Shown piece after piece: positions 48,091 through 49,868 of a stretch of DNA of 49,868 nt. The stretch comes from Octopus sinensis (taxonomy: Eukaryota), in assembly GCF_006345805.1 (NCBI RefSeq), contig NW_021834329.1, forward strand, positions 1 through 49,868, in the 5' to 3' direction. Positions within the stretch are counted from its first letter, which is position 1, and the number at the start of each line of letters is the position of its first letter. The position numbers and the translations under genes were made by a program. The notes under the pieces are model-generated. The model saw only the letters and a list, made by a program, of their open reading frames with translations, did no database searches and was not told where the DNA came from.

Positions 48091-48272
48091 GCAAATAGTT
48101 AGATAGATATATTGATAGAAAGATAGATAGATTGATAGACAGAGAGATAGATAGATAGATAGACAGGTAGGCATATGTATAGGTAGGGATAGATTGATGG
48201 ATGGATGGATGGATAGCTGGATAGGCAGATAGATAGATGGATAGAGATAGATAGATAGGTAAATAGATAGAT
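47790..48272. repeat. (GATA)n/(GGAT)n microsatellite with higher-order duplication
   Basis: GATA runs with repeated GGCAAATAGTTAGAT and GACAGGTAGGCATATGTATAGG interruptions. Confidence 0.95.
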
Positions 48273-48823
48273 ATGCAAACAGATAGAGTGAGAGAGGTGA
48301 GTGAGTAAGTGGAAGATTGCTAAGTGGAAAGACACAGATAACTAGAAAAATGGGTTTTACACGTTGCTGTTAATTAAAAAGAGCAATTTGTTGGCAACTC
48401 GTGTTTTGACGGCTGAGAGCAACACCGGCAACCACTAAGAGAGAGTTCGGATGAGCAAAACAGTTCTTCTGGCCGCCATATATACATACGCAGAAGTGAA
48501 TATAAATTCACACATACACTTGCGTCAGAAATTAATTAGCACTTCTCAAATTTCTACATTAAATAGGTTAAATCAATTAACCTATGAGCTGTTCAAAACG
48601 TCTTACGCGATGAGAAAACTTAGTATGGTGTGATTTCGGTCCTTGCGAGGCGCTACCTATATCTATTAAACAAAGGAAGATTTGTCTGCATCCGCACTCC
48701 AAGTTGTTGTTGCACTGCTATGTCAACTTCATAAGGCTGTAGACTCTCAAACTGCTCTGCAAACAAAGTTACGTCATCGTTCTGCGCAACAGTGAACTCG
48801 CAACAAAGCAATAGTTCGAGATA

Positions 48824-48842
48824 TGGCCACTAGGTGACAGCA
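48824..48842 (+). promoter_or_regulatory. CTCF-like motif in unique intronic sequence
   Basis: TGGCCACTAGGTGACAGCA versus CTCF core CCAC/GYAGG/ATGGCR. Confidence 0.35.
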
Positions 48843-49162
48843 CATACCTTGAGTGAAGAGCAAATCAAGGGTGCTAATTAATTTCTGACGGTAGTGTATA
48901 TACACCTATGATCATACATATTATTTATGCACACAGGTAGATATAAATATAAGTGAGTGTATACGTTTGCAATAGTTTTTTCTAAATTATTAGTTCGACT
49001 TAAGTGGAATATTTTCTTATACATATAATATACGTACATATCGATATACGCTCGCATATAGACACACGCATATACACACACATGTATAGAGAAGGAGCGA
49101 GCGTGACTAGATAGGTAGATAGATCGATAAGTACATATACACGTGCTTATAAACATGTATGC

Positions 49163-49404
49163 TTACTCTTTTACTCTTTTACTCTTTTACTTGTTTCAGT
49201 CATTTGACTGCGGCCATGCTGGAGCACCGCCTTTAGAGTGGTGAAAGAGTACAGCAGGGATCACCACCTCCTGTCGGAGCCTCGTGGAGCTTTTAGGTGT
49301 TTTTTTCGCTCAATAAACACACACAACGCCCGGTCTGGGAATCGAAACCGCGATCCTCCGACCGCAAGTCCGCTGCCCTAACCACTAGGCCATTGCGCCT
49401 CCAC
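49163..49404 (-). mobile_element. SINE A 3' end (49163-49233) joined to SINE C 5' part (49236-49404)
   Basis: (TACTCTTT)n tail of family A directly adjacent to the reverse complement of the family C head. Confidence 0.85.
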
Positions 49405-49520
49405 TCCATATATATATATATATATATAGTATATATAATAATAAATATTAGGGAATATATCCAAATTTACAGGGAAAAAAAATCAGATTTAGGATTAAAT
49501 CCAATTTTATAGTAAAATAT

Positions 49521-49828
49521 TATAAAATATTATTTGAGACAAAACCACTATTTTGCAAAACAAACAAGGAAAGACTTAATCAATACATAAAATAATAAAT
49601 AGTCAAAAAAACGCCACTACAATCGTTTCTTGTCATTGATCGACAATCTTCAGGTGGACTTCCAATAATTCAGTTACAAATTATGAAGTCATAATTTGTA
49701 ACTGAATTATGGAAGTCCACCTGAAACGATTGTAGTGGCGGTTTTTTTTTTTGATATTTATTAAATTTTATGTATTGATTAAGTCTTTCCTTGTTTTGTT
49801 TTGCAAAATAGTGGTTTTGTCTCAAATA

Positions 49829-49838
<10 letters not shown>
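49521..49838. repeat. Long fold-back inverted repeat (Penelope-like ends) centred on 49687-49688
   Basis: Arms 49521-49686 and 49689-49838, 2-nt spacer; the right arm lacks the hammerhead stem II. Confidence 0.93.
49614..49657 (-). ncRNA. Minimal type I hammerhead ribozyme motif, Pax6 sense strand
   Basis: ccac CTGAAGA ttgtc-gatcaat-gacaa GAAAC gatt GTA gtgg; all core nucleotides intact. Confidence 0.8.

Positions 49839-49868
<30 letters not shown>

Noticed and set aside
1133-48335. Dozens of ORFs rich in Y/I/C/V/M/H/T
   Set aside because: Translations of (TA)n, (TG)n, (TACA)n, (ATT)n and (GATA)n microsatellites, which lack stops in some frames.
46216-49868. Further upstream Pax6 exons (SYSCM-type motif, homeodomain)
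   Set aside because: No matching minus-strand frame found by eye; presumed outside the window.

Overview
Eukaryotic, very AT-rich, microsatellite-dense genomic DNA, most likely from an octopus (inferred from the tRNA-derived SINE families, the repeat landscape and a cephalopod-type Pax6 C-terminus). The only host gene I can support is the 3' end of Pax6 on the minus strand. It comprises a last coding exon (36265-36380, ...[15 protein letters not shown]...SQYWPRLQ*), a 129-nt PST-domain exon (39055-39183) and a candidate 117-nt in-frame cassette exon (46099-46215); I found no paired-domain or homeodomain exons, so they presumably lie beyond the right edge. The rest is mostly transposon-derived: several SINE families, two CR1 LINE 3' fragments, two non-autonomous Helitrons, two Merlin-like MITEs with internal TTAGGG-type repeats, mariner, Tigger and piggyBac-type MITEs, minisatellites and Penelope-like terminal repeats. 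The most unusual signal is about seven type I hammerhead ribozyme motifs. Three lie on the Pax6 sense strand inside its introns, and one lies in a ~230-nt tandem, retrozyme-like array beside a Pax6 splice acceptor. Nearly all ORFs in the supplied track are microsatellite or SINE artefacts. All calls are by eye, without alignment or folding software.
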